A stretch of DNA of 64,000 nt. It comes from an uncultured delta proteobacterium. Its GTDB lineage: Bacteria > Desulfobacterota > Binatia > UTPRO1. Of the stretch, positions 9,216 to 19,879 are shown piece after piece. The stretch lies in contig CAWCPU010000003.1 of the NCBI GenBank assembly GCA_963797545.1, forward strand, positions 54,703-118,702, written 5' to 3'. Within the stretch, counting starts at the first letter, position 1. Each line of letters starts with the position of its first letter. The position numbers were made by a program, and so were the translations under genes. The notes under the pieces are model-generated. The model had not been told where the DNA came from. It saw nothing but the letters and a program-made list of their open reading frames with translations, and did not search any database.

Positions 9216-11526
9216 ATGGCTCACCCCGCACCGATCGACGCCGATCTCCGTGATGCCGCCGAGGAGCGGTATCTCAACTACGCGCTCTCGGTCATCACCT
9301 CGCGCGCGCTCCCCGACGTCCGCGACGGGCTGAAGCCGGTCCAGCGTCGCATCCTGTACGCGATGTTCCAGAACCTGCACCTCACCGCGGGGTCGCGGCC
9401 GCGGAAGTCGGCGGCGATCGTCGGTGACGTGCTCGGGAAGTTCCACCCGCACGGCGACCAGGCGGCGTACGAGGCGATGGTGCGGATGGCGCAGCCGTTC
9501 GCGCTCCGCTACCCGCTCGTCCACGGCGAGGGCAACTTCGGCTCGCTCGACGGCGACGGCGCCGCGGCCATGCGCTACACCGAGGCGCGGCTCACCGCCC
9601 TCGCCGAGGAGATGCTCGCCGACCTCGCCGCCGAGACCGTCCCCTTTCGCGACAACTACGACGCGACGATCGAGGAGCCGATCGTCCTGCCGTCGAAGAT
9701 CCCGCAGCTCCTGATGAACGGCTCGACGGGGATCGCCGTCGGGATGGCGACCAACGTCCCGCCGCACAACCTGCGCGAGATCGTCGGCGCGCTCACCGCG
9801 ATGATCGACGAGCCGGGCCTCGACGTGAAGGGGCTCCTCAAGCACGTGAAGGGCCCCGACTTCCCGACCGGGGGCGAGATCCTGAACTCGAAGAAGGAGA
9901 TTCGCGCGATCTACGAGAGCGGCCAGGGGCCGATCCGCGTCCGCGGCGAGTACACGCTCGAGTCGCTGCCGCGCGGCAAGCGCCAGCTCGTCGTCACCTC
10001 GATTCCGTACGCCGTCAACAAGGCCGAGCTCGTCGAGGAGATCGCGCAGCAGATCATCACCCGCAAGCTGCCGCAGATCATCGACGTGCGCGACGAGTCG
10101 ACCACCGACATTCGCGTCGTCCTCGAGCTCAAGGCCGACGCCGCACCGGAAACGGCGATGGCCTACCTCTACAAGCACACCAATCTCCAGACGAGCTTCC
10201 ACGTGAACCTGACCTGCCTGCTGCCGACGACGAACCCCGGCGTCGGCCAGCCGTCGCGCGTCACGCTCCGCGACCTCTGCCGGCAGTTCCTCGACTTCCG
10301 GATGGCGGTCGTCACGCGCCGGCTCGAGCACGAGCGCCGCCAGCTCGAGGCGCGCCTCCACATCCTCGACGCGCTCGCCAAGATCTACGACGACCTCGAC
10401 CGCGCCATCCGCATCATCCGCAAGGCCGAGTCGCGGGCCGAGGCGGCGCGCGGCCTGATGGACGCCTTCAAGCTCGATCAGATCCAGGCCGACGCGATCC
10501 TCGAGATCCGCCTGTACCAGCTGGCGCGGCTCGAGATCGAGAAGATCCGCGCCGAGCGTGCCGCGAAGCGCAAGCGCTTGAAGGAGGTCGAGGCGTTGCT
10601 CGCGAAGCCGCGCGAGCGCTGGAAGCTGATCCGCACGGAGCTCGAGGAGGTCGCCGAGAAGTACGGCGACAAGCGCCGCACCAGCTTCGCCGCCGGCGAG
10701 GAGCTCGAGTACGATCCCGAGGCCTACGTCGTCCACGAGGACGCGACCGTCGTGCTGTCGCGCGACGGCTGGCTGAAGCGCGTCCGCGAGGTGAAGGACC
10801 CGGCGGCGACGCGGCTTCGCGAGGGCGACGCGCTCTTCGCGGTCTTGCCGGGCTCGACGCGCGACCGCCTGGTCCTGTTCTCGACGCACGGCACCGTGTA
10901 CGTGCTGCGCGTCGCCGACGTGCCGGCGACGACCGGCTACGGCGAGCCCGTCCAGTCGCTCCTCAAGTTCGGCGACGGCGAGCGCGTGATCGCGGCGCGC
11001 CTGCTGAAAGACGTCGGCAAGGCGGCGGAGCCCGCGGGGGGCGACGCCCAGCCGACGTTGCCGGGAATCGTCCAGCTGACCGAGGAGGTGCTCGCCGTGA
11101 TCGTCGCCAGCGCGAAGGGCTACGGTTTCCGCGCCGTCCCGGACCTCTCGGAGACGACCCGCGCCGGGCGCCGGCTCGCGCGCGTCGCCGAGGGCGACGA
11201 GATCGTCTCCGTCGAGACCATCGCGGGGCCGCAGGTCGTGGTCGCGACCGCGAAGGGCAAGATGGTGCGCTTCGCGCTCGACGAGGTGCCGGAGCTCGCC
11301 GGCGCCGGCCGCGGCGTGATCCTGATGCGGCCCGACGCCGACGATCGCGTCGTCGGCGCGCTGGCGTTAGCCGAAGGACGCGACCTTCGTCGCCCGCACC
11401 CCCGACGACGGTGAGCGGACGCTGAAGGTCACGGACGTGCCGGCCGCGCGGCGCGCGGGCAAGGGACAGAAGGTCGTCAAGCGTGGCGGCGTCGTCGGCT
11501 TGAGCGCGGAGACGTCGCGGAGCTGA
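9216..11526 (+). CDS. parC: DNA topoisomerase IV subunit A (ParC/GyrA family; short C-terminal domain); one frameshift near 11385
   Basis: [25 protein letters not shown] and other GyrA/ParC signatures. About 770 aa. The C-terminal end continues in another frame (...[36 protein letters not shown]) to TGA 11524-11526. Confidence 0.8.
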
Positions 11527-11798
11527 CGGCATTGGAGCACTCGACGTCGATGGCCGCCGACGTGTGTCGTCGGCCATGCTTCGCCACCTCAGTCGTGCCC
11601 GTCCCGATGGCTGTTTGCGATACAGCGCCCTGCAATTCACGGGCAATCCGTGTTTCGGATCGCCGAGTAGATGCTACAGGGTCGGTAGGTCGGTAGACCG
11701 CATGCGAGGCATCAAGACGCACCGCGGGGCGGCCGGGACGGTGGCCGGGGTCGCACGCCGCGATTGACGATGTGTCCAGATCTGGCCATATCGAGGCC

Positions 11799-12056
11799 AT
11801 GAAGCAAACGAACGTGTCCGGATTCAAGGCCCGGCTCAGCGAGTACCTGAATGCCGCGCGCAATGGAGAGACGGTCGTGGTGCACGATCGTAAGACGCCC
11901 ATCGCTCGTCTGGTCCCGTTCGACGAGCACGTGGACGATCTGTCGATCGCCGAGCCGAGTCGGTCGCCGCGTGACCTCACGAAGATCAAACCGGTTCGGC
12001 TGCGCCGCCGTGTGGACGTCGTGGGGTTGCTGCGCGCGAGTCGGGACCAGCGGTGA
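11799..12056 (+). CDS. phd: Phd/YefM-family type II antitoxin
   Basis: MKQTNVSGFKARLSEYLNAARNGETVVVHDRKTPIARLVPFDE; 4-bp GTGA overlap with the downstream PIN toxin. Confidence 0.75.
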   Translation: MKQTNVSGFKARLSEYLNAARNGETVVVHDRKTPIARLVPFDEHVDDLSIAEPSRSPRDLTKIKPVRLRRRVDVVGLLRASRDQR

Positions 12057-12469
12057 TCGTGTACCTGGACACGAGCACTCTGTTGCGGGTGCTCTTGGGC
12101 CAGCGGCCGGTTCTGGGTGGCTGGGGGAAGTGGGAACGGGCCTACACCAGCGATCTCGCTGCCGTCGAGGCACGCCGCATCATCGATCGCCTGCGTTTGG
12201 ACGGAACGCTCGACGACGGCGGCGTGGTCGCGGCGCTCGAACAGCTCGCACGGATCATGGGGAGCATCGGACGCATCGGCCTCACGCGCGTCGTGCTGCG
12301 CCGCGCCTCGCTGCCGATGGCGACCGCGGTCAAGACACTGGGCGCATTGCACCTCGCGAGCGCGCTGCTCTTTCAGGAGCGCCGAGGTGTGTCGCTGGTG
12401 TTCGCCACACATGACTCGCAGCAGGCGACGGCAGCACGGGCCCTTGGCTTCGAGTGCGTCGGCTCGTGA
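12053..12469 (+). CDS. vapC: PIN-domain toxin VapC
   Basis: MIVYLDTSTLL...LGALHLASALLF...THDSQQATAARALGF; typical VapC acidic residues. Confidence 0.8.
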   Translation: MIVYLDTSTLLRVLLGQRPVLGGWGKWERAYTSDLAAVEARRIIDRLRLDGTLDDGGVVAALEQLARIMGSIGRIGLTRVVLRRASLPMATAVKTLGALHLASALLFQERRGVSLVFATHDSQQATAARALGFECVGS

Positions 12470-12654
12470 GGCGCAGGCGCCCGATGGGACCGGCGCGATC
12501 GAGGTCGACGCGAGGTCGTAGGACTTGACGGCACGAGCGCCCTCATCGCCTTCCTGCCCGTGACGGTTGCGAGGATGACCCTGGCGCCGCCCACCTCGAC
12601 GAGCGCCGACGCCGCGTCCCGCGCCTGACTGTCGATGTAGTCGTGGGCCCCGGT

Positions 12655-12800
12655 CCGGTTGGGCGCGGGCGCGCGCGGGCGGGCTCGGGGATCGCGGTCG
12701 GGAGCCCGAGGTGACGCAGGATCCGTTGGACGGTTGGATCCCTCAGCGCCACGTGCGACGACTGAAATGTTTCGCACCGGTGGCCGTCGCATGGCAGATC
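12655..12800 (-). pseudogene. 3' remnant of a second IS91-family transposase (last ~35 codons: ...VQRILRHLGLPTAIPEPARARP)
   Basis: DNA and protein homology to 7732..7840 (ERILRHLGLSTAMPEAAPARP); no upstream transposase body. Confidence 0.5.
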
Positions 12801-12917
12801 TCCGGCACCGGAGAGCCACCTACGGCTCGCCGAGGAGCGACTCGCCGCGTACCGCAGCGAACCGCACCGCGCTCGGCCGGCGCACGACGTCCTCGCTCGT
12901 CTGGCGAAGCAGTCGTC

Positions 12918-13061
12918 GTGACGACCTACCGGTTCGTCGCCGAGCCGGCTGCCGACTTGGACGTGGAGGCAGCGTTCCGCTGGTATGAGAACGAGCGTGC
13001 CGGCCTCGATATGGAGTTCCTGGACGAGCTGCGGGTCGCCTACGACCGGATTGCTGACTGA
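12918..13061 (+). pseudogene. ParE/RelE-family toxin, N-terminal 48 aa only, followed by stops in all three frames; possible ParD-like antitoxin C-terminus upstream with GTGA overlap
   Basis: (V)TTYRFVAEPAADLDVEAAFRWYENERAGLDMEFLDELRVAYDRIAD matches the ParE N-terminus. TGA codons at 13055-13057, 13059-13061 and 13066-13068 in three frames. Confidence 0.5.
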
Positions 13062-13072
13062 CCTCTGACATA

Positions 13073-13083
13073 TTCTGACCATC
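13073..13083 (+). repeat. 11-bp direct repeat ttctgaccatc (left copy) flanking a 777-bp low-GC insert
   Basis: Exact copy at 13861-13871. Confidence 0.7.
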
Positions 13084-13253
13084 GGTCGGGCGTTCGAAGA
13101 ACGCTGCTTCGTCGCTTCCCTTCCCAGGGTACCCACCACCTTGAGGGGTTCACGGGCACTGCTCTCTTTTCGCGCCCCGACGCTCGAACGCGCTTGTCCC
13201 CTTTTAGGCGCAAGTGCAGTAGAGAGCTGACGCCACGCAAGGGAGGAATGTCG

Positions 13254-13866
13254 ATGGCTGATCACGGGTCCTGTCGGTCCGCTTCGAGCGCGCGCACGTA
13301 CCGCCGTCGCTGGTGTGTCTCGTTCACGATCGCGATGATGCTCGTCGCGGGTGGTGTCGCGGATGCCAAGACCACGTTCAAGCCGAAGTCGCCATACAAC
13401 AACTTCTATTTCCACGCCAACTGCTCGAGCGTGCAATTCGATCCGGCGGCGGCATTCGGGATCCAAGTCTACAATTGTGCCGACGGCACGATGCCGACGT
13501 CCGGTAGTGACGGCGCGCACTCTTTCGTCTACTGCTCGAACGACCTGCACGTTCTCGCCCAGCTCGTCTACCAGGTCGATATTCCGGCCGGGAAGTGCGT
13601 GCAAAAGGGGAACTCCTGCTTCTTCCGCGACCACACCGTGCCGAAGAATCAAGGCGTACCAAATCCGGGTCCGCCTTTTCCGCGTGCGCTACCCGAGCGC
13701 CGCTTTTCCCGGCAACAAATTCTGGCTCGACTACTACGGCGGCGACTTCTCCGCGGTGAACCAGGCCAACATGCTCCTCTCGATCACGTTCAACGGCTCG
13801 CAGGGGTGCACTCTGATGGACACGTTCACGGCAGTGCGGCACGGGGGAGGGTGGAGTAAGTTCTGA
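13254..13866 (+). CDS. Small secreted Cys-rich protein (signal RRRWCVSFTIAMMLVAGGVADA), lower GC than surroundings; frameshift near 13640-13660
   Basis: GGAGG RBS 7 nt before ATG 13254. Mature part KTTFKPKSPYNNFYFHANCSSVQFDP...NCADG...YCSNDLHV...KCVQKGNSCFF. Continues in the +1 frame (...FWLDYYGGDFSAVNQANMLLSITFNGSQGCTLMDTFTAVRHGGGWSKF*). Confidence 0.45.
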
Positions 13867-13871
13867 CCATC
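13861..13871 (+). repeat. 11-bp direct repeat ttctgaccatc (right copy)
   Basis: Exact copy of 13073-13083; overlaps the stop codon of the secreted-protein ORF. Confidence 0.7.
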
Positions 13872-14140
13872 ACGCGATGCGGTACACGCTCCGCGACGCC
13901 TGCCAGGGACGGCTGCCGGAGCGCAGCTTCGGTTCGAACGAGATCCTGATGCCGAGGCGCCGCCGGCCGGGGCGCTCTTCGTCCTGATCGATGGCAGCGT
14001 CGACGGTTCGCACCGACACCTGCGCGATTCTCTACTCACCCCATGCCGCAGCGGTCGTCGCCGGCAACGGATAGAGAATCGCATCCGGACGACCGCCGCG
14101 TCCGCGATCGGGCGGACGAACGGTCGTTCGGGACGCACCG

Positions 14141-14719
14141 TTACGGTGCCGGGCAGGCTTCGTACGGGCCGGTCGACACGACCGTGTCGATGCGCGCGGG
14201 GTTGAAGGTCACCCCCGAGCCGATGATCGGATTCTGGCCCGAAGGGTGCACGGTCTCGACGGTGCCCGCTCCTTGAGCCAGGTACCGGGAGTTGGCGTTC
14301 AGCGACATCGCGGTCCGCGAGATCAACGTCACCGCCGACCCGCCTGCCGTACCGGCATGTCCGTCGATGTGGAGTCCATTGCTCACCGTGAGGCCGCAGC
14401 CCGAGAGCGTGATCGCCTGGCCCGCGGCGTCATTCGCGCCGCCGTATGCGAGCACGTCCGCCGCCACGGTGAGCAACCCGTTCTGCTGAGCGGCGCCGGT
14501 GCGGACGTCGACCGAAACCCGGGTCGCCGGTGGCGGAGGTGGCATAGGCGGAGATGGCGCCATTCAAGGAGGTGTCCCCGCCCGCTTCTCCGATCATATC
14601 GCCGCCTCCGTCCTTTCCGGTCAGGTTGCATGCGGACACATGAGCCCGGTTGCGGCGAAAACCATCGACCACACCAATGGCCGAAGATCGGCGATCGAGG
14701 ATCGCAGCGGTACGCGCAT
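14141..14719 (-). CDS. Small secreted Gly/Ala/Thr-rich protein (beta-helix-like), two apparent frameshifts
   Basis: GGAGGAG RBS. Signal MRVPLRSSIADLRPLVWSMVFAATGLMCPHA. Translation continues across two frame changes into ORF 14141..14563 (TLSGCGLTVSNGLHIDGHAGTAGGSAVTLIS...). Confidence 0.4.
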
Positions 14720-14976
14720 CTTTCTCCTCCTGCCTTCCGGTGGCGATGAGATGAAATGAGCCGGACGCGCTTCTTCGCCGCCTGTGTGCGCGCATTCACC
14801 ACACACTCGACGATCGTGTCAATGAAATTGATCGGTGGCGGAATGCGAGCCCAAAGGCGCCGGTAGGTCCGACCGGGCGTGGCGGGCATACGGATATGGG
14901 ATGCGAACGGCTTCGACCGTAGCGACGTCGCGTCCGGCGGGTCGAGAACGAGAGACGCTCTCGGGCGGCGCGGCAG

Positions 14977-17127
14977 TCAGGGGAAGGCGTCCTTGAACTG
15001 CCGCGTGTCGTTGCGACGCGCGGGTGCGGCGTACGACTGCGACCAGCAGCTACCGGCGCTGCTCTTCAGCTGGACCGTCAACGTCGGATTCTGGGTGAGC
15101 GGCAGCATCGGGACCGCGAGCGCTGCGCCTTTACCCTTGACGATCAAGCGGGCCTTGCCCGCGGCGCCCGCCTTCAACGTCGCGACGGTGAGTCCGTCGG
15201 GCGCGGCCGACTTGCTGCGATAACCGAAGCCGCCCGGGCCGCCGAGTGCCTTCCAGGCGCCGGCGCCGGGCGGCATGCGCGCGCTCAGGACGAGATGCGA
15301 CACCGACGCCGCGGTGTCGTAGGCGCAGAGCGCATAGCTCGTGCCGCCGCCGAGGGGGTTGCCGAGATCGGCGCTCGTCGTCGGCGCGCCGTTCAGCCAC
15401 TTCCACACCAGCTTGCGGCTCTTGCCGTCGAGAACCAGCGAGCCCTTCGCGGCTTCGCGGCAACCGGTCGCGGGCGCCTCCGCGCCGACGCAGCTGCCTG
15501 CGCCGTCGCAGGCGTCGGCGATCGTGCAGAGCTCGCCGTCGTCGCACGACGCACCCATCGCCTCGACCTGGCACGAAGCGGAGCAGCAATCGCCGCCGGT
15601 CGTGTTGCCGTCGTCGCAGGTTTCACCGCCGGTGGTGATGCCGTTGCCGCACGACGTCGGCGTGCAGTTCGAGTCGCAGCCGTCGCCGTCGACGGTGTTG
15701 CCGTCGTCGCACGCCTCGCCGGGATAGGCGGTGCCGTCGCCGCAGCCGAACTCCGTCGGACCGATCTCGTTCAGGTACTCCTCGAGGTTGGTGTAGCCGT
15801 TGCCGTCGGAATCATCGTTCCGATCGCCGGGATCCGCGGGCGAGAGGCCGTGCGCGAGCTCCCAGTCGTCGGGGATGCCGTCGTGATCCGTGTCCGCCGG
15901 CGGTGCCGTCGCGTCGAGCGTCGGGTAGCCGCTGCCCTGGCCGATCGCGCCGGTGCCGGCGAGGACGTCGGCGACGATGCGCGCGTCGACCTCGTCGCGC
16001 GCCGGCAAGCTCGCGCCGACGTTCGCGAGCACGATCGTCGTCAGGTCGCTGGTCGCGTAGGTCGTGACCGGTGGCACGGCGAAGGGCGCGGGTGCGCGGT
16101 AGATCGACGGGTCGGCGGGACCGTGGCTGCCCATCTCACTCAGAAACCCGAGCTGCCACTCGTCGCCGCAGCCGCTCGGACAGAGCGGTCCGTAGTTGCC
16201 GAGCGCGAAGACCTGCGTGTTCGGGTTCAGCCAGGCGACGTCGTCGTACGTGGCGTAGGTGCTCGGGCCCTTCTTCCAGATGTCGTTCACGAGGTTCACC
16301 TCGGTCGGCTTGGGACCGGCGGGAAAGCCGCCGTACGGGCCGAGGAGCGTGCTGTTGTTGCCGCCCCAATCGAAGACGACGTTGTTGCGGAAGTCGGTGG
16401 TCGCGTAGGCGATGCGCGGATTGCGGTCGGGGTTGTGCGCGAAGAGGACGTGATGGAACGAGAAGCGATCGGGCTTGGCGTCCGACGACTCGGCGCCGAT
16501 GAGGACGCCTTTCGCGTAGTCGTGATCCTGGCCGTCGACCTGGGCCTCCGCGATGATCGTGCGCTGCACGGTCACGTCGGTGACCTGCGCCCACGCGCTC
16601 ATGTTCTCGTCCATCGCCCACTCGAGCGAGCAATGGTCGATGACGATGTCGTGGACGTGGCTGCCGTCGCTGCCCCAGAGCTCGACGGCGTCGATGTCTT
16701 GTTTGTAGTCGCCCGGACCGGACGACGGCCGGATGCGGAGATATCGCAGCACGATGTCGTGGGCGCCGGCGCTGATCTGGATGCCGTAGTTCATGAGCTG
16801 GATGCCGTCGCCCGGCGCGGTCTGGCCGGCGACGGTGACGAAGCTGTCGCTCTCGCCTTGCATGCGGATGTGGCGCGACAGCGCGATCGTGCCGCTGGTG
16901 CGGAATACGACGGTCCGCGGACCGGTCGCGTCCTCGAGCGCGGCGCGCAGGGTTCCGGGCCCCATGTCGGCGAGGCTCGTGACCTCGACGACCGCGCCGC
17001 CTCGACCGCCGGGTGTCGCAGCGCCGAATCCCTCGGCGCCGGGAAAGGCGGGTAACGCCGCGGCGGGGCGCGGCGCACAGGTCAGCAGCAGCACGACCAA
17101 CGGCAGCGTCGGGACAGGGCGGGTCAT
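14977..17127 (-). CDS. Secreted pectate-lyase-like protein with C-terminal Myxococcales Cys-rich repeats
   Basis: Signal MTRPVPTLPLVVLLLTCAPRPAAA. AFPGAEGFGA motif and right-handed beta-helix-type sequence. Tandem CGDG..ExCDDGN..GDGC repeats, then a Lys-rich C-terminal domain. Confidence 0.7.
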   Translation of the reverse strand: MTRPVPTLPLVVLLLTCAPRPAAALPAFPGAEGFGAATPGGRGGAVVEVTSLADMGPGTLRAALEDATGPRTVVFRTSGTIALSRHIRMQGESDSFVTVAGQTAPGDGIQLMNYGIQISAGAHDIVLRYLRIRPSSGPGDYKQDIDAVELWGSDGSHVHDIVIDHCSLEWAMDENMSAWAQVTDVTVQRTIIAEAQVDGQDHDYAKGVLIGAESSDAKPDRFSFHHVLFAHNPDRNPRIAYATTDFRNNVVFDWGGNNSTLLGPYGGFPAGPKPTEVNLVNDIWKKGPSTYATYDDVAWLNPNTQVFALGNYGPLCPSGCGDEWQLGFLSEMGSHGPADPSIYRAPAPFAVPPVTTYATSDLTTIVLANVGASLPARDEVDARIVADVLAGTGAIGQGSGYPTLDATAPPADTDHDGIPDDWELAHGLSPADPGDRNDDSDGNGYTNLEEYLNEIGPTEFGCGDGTAYPGEACDDGNTVDGDGCDSNCTPTSCGNGITTGGETCDDGNTTGGDCCSASCQVEAMGASCDDGELCTIADACDGAGSCVGAEAPATGCREAAKGSLVLDGKSRKLVWKWLNGAPTTSADLGNPLGGGTSYALCAYDTAASVSHLVLSARMPPGAGAWKALGGPGGFGYRSKSAAPDGLTVATLKAGAAGKARLIVKGKGAALAVPMLPLTQNPTLTVQLKSSAGSCWSQSYAAPARRNDTRQFKDAFP

Positions 17128-17437
17128 GGGTCCTCCGGAATCGTTACTATCCCCCGGTTCGCGACGGGCCGCCAAATGAAATTCTCGCCCTGCGATCGAC
17201 GGACGCAGGTTGGTCGCGGGCCGACGAGGCTGAAGTGATTGAAGGAGCGTGGCCTCGCACCCGCACCGTCGTCCTCGCGTTTCCTTCCCGGGACGACGCC
17301 AAGCGATGGTACGCATCACCGAGCTGCGAGGCGATCGCCCAACACGATGCGGCGAGGCGTCCATGATCGGCTACCTCGTGCTGGATCGAACTGTCGTCGC
17401 TGAGCGAGGATCCGATGCGTTATCCCGAAAGGGAAGC

Positions 17438-19141
17438 TCAGCTCCCTTCCCGTTCGTCGAGCTTGCTGCGGGTCACGTAGAGCAGCAGGCGCTCGTGCAG
17501 CCCCTCTCCTTCGTGCACCACCGTCGCACGCCGATCCAACGCTTCGTAAAACGCGGCCGGCTCGGGGAGGACCGCGCGATTGTAGCCGATGAACTCACGA
17601 TTTTGTGACGACGCCAGGAAATACACGTCGTCAGGCTCGAGCAGCGTCGGATCGTAATTGTACACGGCGGCGATGAATTGGCATTTGATGATCTTCTTGA
17701 CGAAGCTCGGGTGGGCTTTCTCGAACGCCGCCTGCAGCCCATCCTGAAACCGGCTGTCGCGGTCGCCGCGGTCGTAGATGACCTGGAGCAGCGGCATGGT
17801 GTCCGACTCGATCACGAGCGTGGCGGAAGCGGGCACGTTCGCTTCGATCCAGGCGAACATCTCCCGGCGGTAGTCCGGATGCGAATTCTCACTGCCGGGG
17901 AGCTCGCGTTCGAAGCCCACGGCCGCCGACCACAGGACCAGCGGGACCGCGACCAGCACGACCGTGGTCGCCAACCAGGGGCGAATGCGGGCGAGCTGCG
18001 CGCAGAGCCACGCCGAGCCGACGATACACAGGAGCGCGATCGCGGGCAGAACGAAGCGGTCGTACTGCGAGCGCATGAGAGAGAAGGCTGCGAACTGTAG
18101 GATTCCGTAAACGGCCAGCGCCCCCGCCGGTTTCCACGGAGCTGTTGCCGCCCACACCGCCGCGGCGCAGGCGGCCATGGCGGGCACGGCCTGATCCCGC
18201 AAGACCGACACATAGTACATCACACTGGGCTCGTCGGCGTGCGGATGCGTGAGCAACGCGACGTTCGCTTGAAACGTGAACCAGCGCCAGAAGAGCGGGA
18301 AGTCGAGGACGACGTAGGGATCGAGAACCAGGAACGCCGCCAGCGCGACCGCGGCGGCCTCGATGAGTGAGGTGCGCCGATCGTCCTCGGCGGTCGGACC
18401 GCGCTCCCGCCACCGGCAGACGTACAGCCATCCCAGCAACGCCAGGAGCAGAGCGGCGGGGTAGTTCGCCGCCGTCGCGACCCCGATACCGGCGCCGGCG
18501 AGCAACGACGATCGCCGACTGGGAGCTCGATACCACATGACGATCAGGGCGGCCGCCCCGGTCATCGTCGCCAGTGCGATCGTATCGACGCGAATGGTGG
18601 TGCCGAGCCCCTGCAACAGGGGCAGCGAGGCGACGATAAGCCCGGCCAGCAGGCCGCCGCCCACCGTCGACAGCAGCGCGCCGAGCCAGACGGCTGCCGC
18701 CACCGCCAGCGCCCCACAGGCGGCCGAGGCACAGCGCGCCAGATCGAGAAGCTCTCCCTGATGATCCAAGAAATAATCGAGGTAGCCGATGCCACCGCCC
18801 ACGGCACCGCTGATCCACAGCCCCAGACGGTGAAGCCCGTAGAGCAGCGCGAGGAGATCGTAATAGAGCGCGGGGTGAATGAAGTACGCTGGATCGAAAC
18901 GATCGTAGAGCGCGCGCAGCGCGCGGACGGCGTTGTACCACGCGTCCTGCCCGGTGCCGGTGACCGGCCCCCAATGCATCCGTGGGATGGTGAGTGCGAG
19001 AAACACCGCGGCCGACGCGACGGCCGCAGCGGCCACACGCCACCGGCGCGGAGCCGATGCGTTCTCGGCTCCCACCGACGTGCTCGGCACCTGGCGGCTC
19101 AGCTGGTCGCGGACGGCATGCACGCCGCACGCTACGGCCAT
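17438..19141 (-). CDS. Glycosyltransferase family 39 (ArnT/PMT-like) integral membrane protein
   Basis: 567 aa, many TM segments, PMT_2-like N-terminal region; intact. Confidence 0.75.
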   Translation of the reverse strand: MAVACGVHAVRDQLSRQVPSTSVGAENASAPRRWRVAAAAVASAAVFLALTIPRMHWGPVTGTGQDAWYNAVRALRALYDRFDPAYFIHPALYYDLLALLYGLHRLGLWISGAVGGGIGYLDYFLDHQGELLDLARCASAACGALAVAAAVWLGALLSTVGGGLLAGLIVASLPLLQGLGTTIRVDTIALATMTGAAALIVMWYRAPSRRSSLLAGAGIGVATAANYPAALLLALLGWLYVCRWRERGPTAEDDRRTSLIEAAAVALAAFLVLDPYVVLDFPLFWRWFTFQANVALLTHPHADEPSVMYYVSVLRDQAVPAMAACAAAVWAATAPWKPAGALAVYGILQFAAFSLMRSQYDRFVLPAIALLCIVGSAWLCAQLARIRPWLATTVVLVAVPLVLWSAAVGFERELPGSENSHPDYRREMFAWIEANVPASATLVIESDTMPLLQVIYDRGDRDSRFQDGLQAAFEKAHPSFVKKIIKCQFIAAVYNYDPTLLEPDDVYFLASSQNREFIGYNRAVLPEPAAFYEALDRRATVVHEGEGLHERLLLYVTRSKLDEREGS

Positions 19142-19361
19142 TTCCGATGACGGTCAAAATCGCGCGGGACAACGATGCGACGGCGAGCCGCAGAACGCGT
19201 CGGGCAAGCGCGGCGGCGGGCCCGCTTTCAGCCGGCACTGCACGCCGGCGTCCGTTGACAACCTCGGGGTCTGCGTCGCAATTCACCGGGAGGGAAAATC
19301 GGCCGTCGAGTTGGGCGCTCGCCCTCGGTGTCAGCGCCTTCACGTCGATCGTCTGCAGGTG

Positions 19362-19736
19362 CGAATGGTCATGAAATGCTTTCCGGGAACGCCGGTGTCC
19401 TTCGGTCGGGACGCGTGCGCGGCCGCCATCGCCGCGGGGATGCAGGGGAAGTTCTGGGAGATGCACGACGAGATGGTGCGGGAGCCAAAGCTCCTCGCGG
19501 GGAAGCGAGACGCGGTTCTTCCGCTTGCGGCGAAGAAGATCGGTCTCGACGTCGCGCGCTGGGAGGCAGACCGAAGATCGCCGGATGTCGATCGTCGCAT
19601 CGATGCGGACGTGACGCTCGGCAAGTCGGCGACCGTGAGTGGATCACCCACGATCTTCGTGAACGGCATCCGGCTCGCGGGCGCGCGGCCCATCGAGGAC
19701 ATCCGCAAGGTCGTAAATTCGGAGCTTGGGCGCTGA
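19362..19736 (+). pseudogene. DsbA-like thioredoxin-fold protein, C-terminal fragment only (CxxC-bearing N-terminus absent)
   Basis: ...KFWEMHDEMV...AAKKIGLDVARWEAD...VSGSPTIFVNGIRLAGARP matches the DsbA C-terminal half. No matching N-terminus in any frame upstream. Confidence 0.45.
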
Positions 19737-19879
19737 GGCGCCGGCGCGCGCGCTCGCATCGATGGCTCGTGATCGATAGATGGTCCGCCGTCGAGCACTT
19801 TCCGCAACGACGGCGTAGCGTTTGCTCGGCGCGGCGTCTTCCGGTCGCCTCGATCCTAGCCGCTCCACGGGGAGACGCG

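Noticed and set aside
9087-10889. 600-aa ORF antisense to parC
   Set aside because: Translation is Arg/Ala/Leu-rich low-complexity junk, typical of a high-GC antisense frame; the opposite strand encodes a fully conserved ParC.
13915-13935. cggttcgaacgag resembling a tRNA T-arm
   Set aside because: No acceptor stem, D-arm or anticodon arm around it; no tRNA genes were found in the window.
13866-14000. Possible ParE C-terminal half downstream of the 777-bp insert
   Set aside because: None of the three frames gives the conserved ParE C-terminal motif (ILRVLH...); translations are Arg/Pro-rich.
15295-17055. 586-aa plus-strand ORF opposite the pectate-lyase-like gene
   Set aside because: Low-complexity translation; the conserved AFPGAEGFG/beta-helix protein is on the minus strand.
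17431-17451. GC-rich hairpin gggaag..cttccc resembling an intrinsic terminator
   Set aside because: It straddles the stop codon of the minus-strand glycosyltransferase gene and has no adjacent T-tract on either strand.
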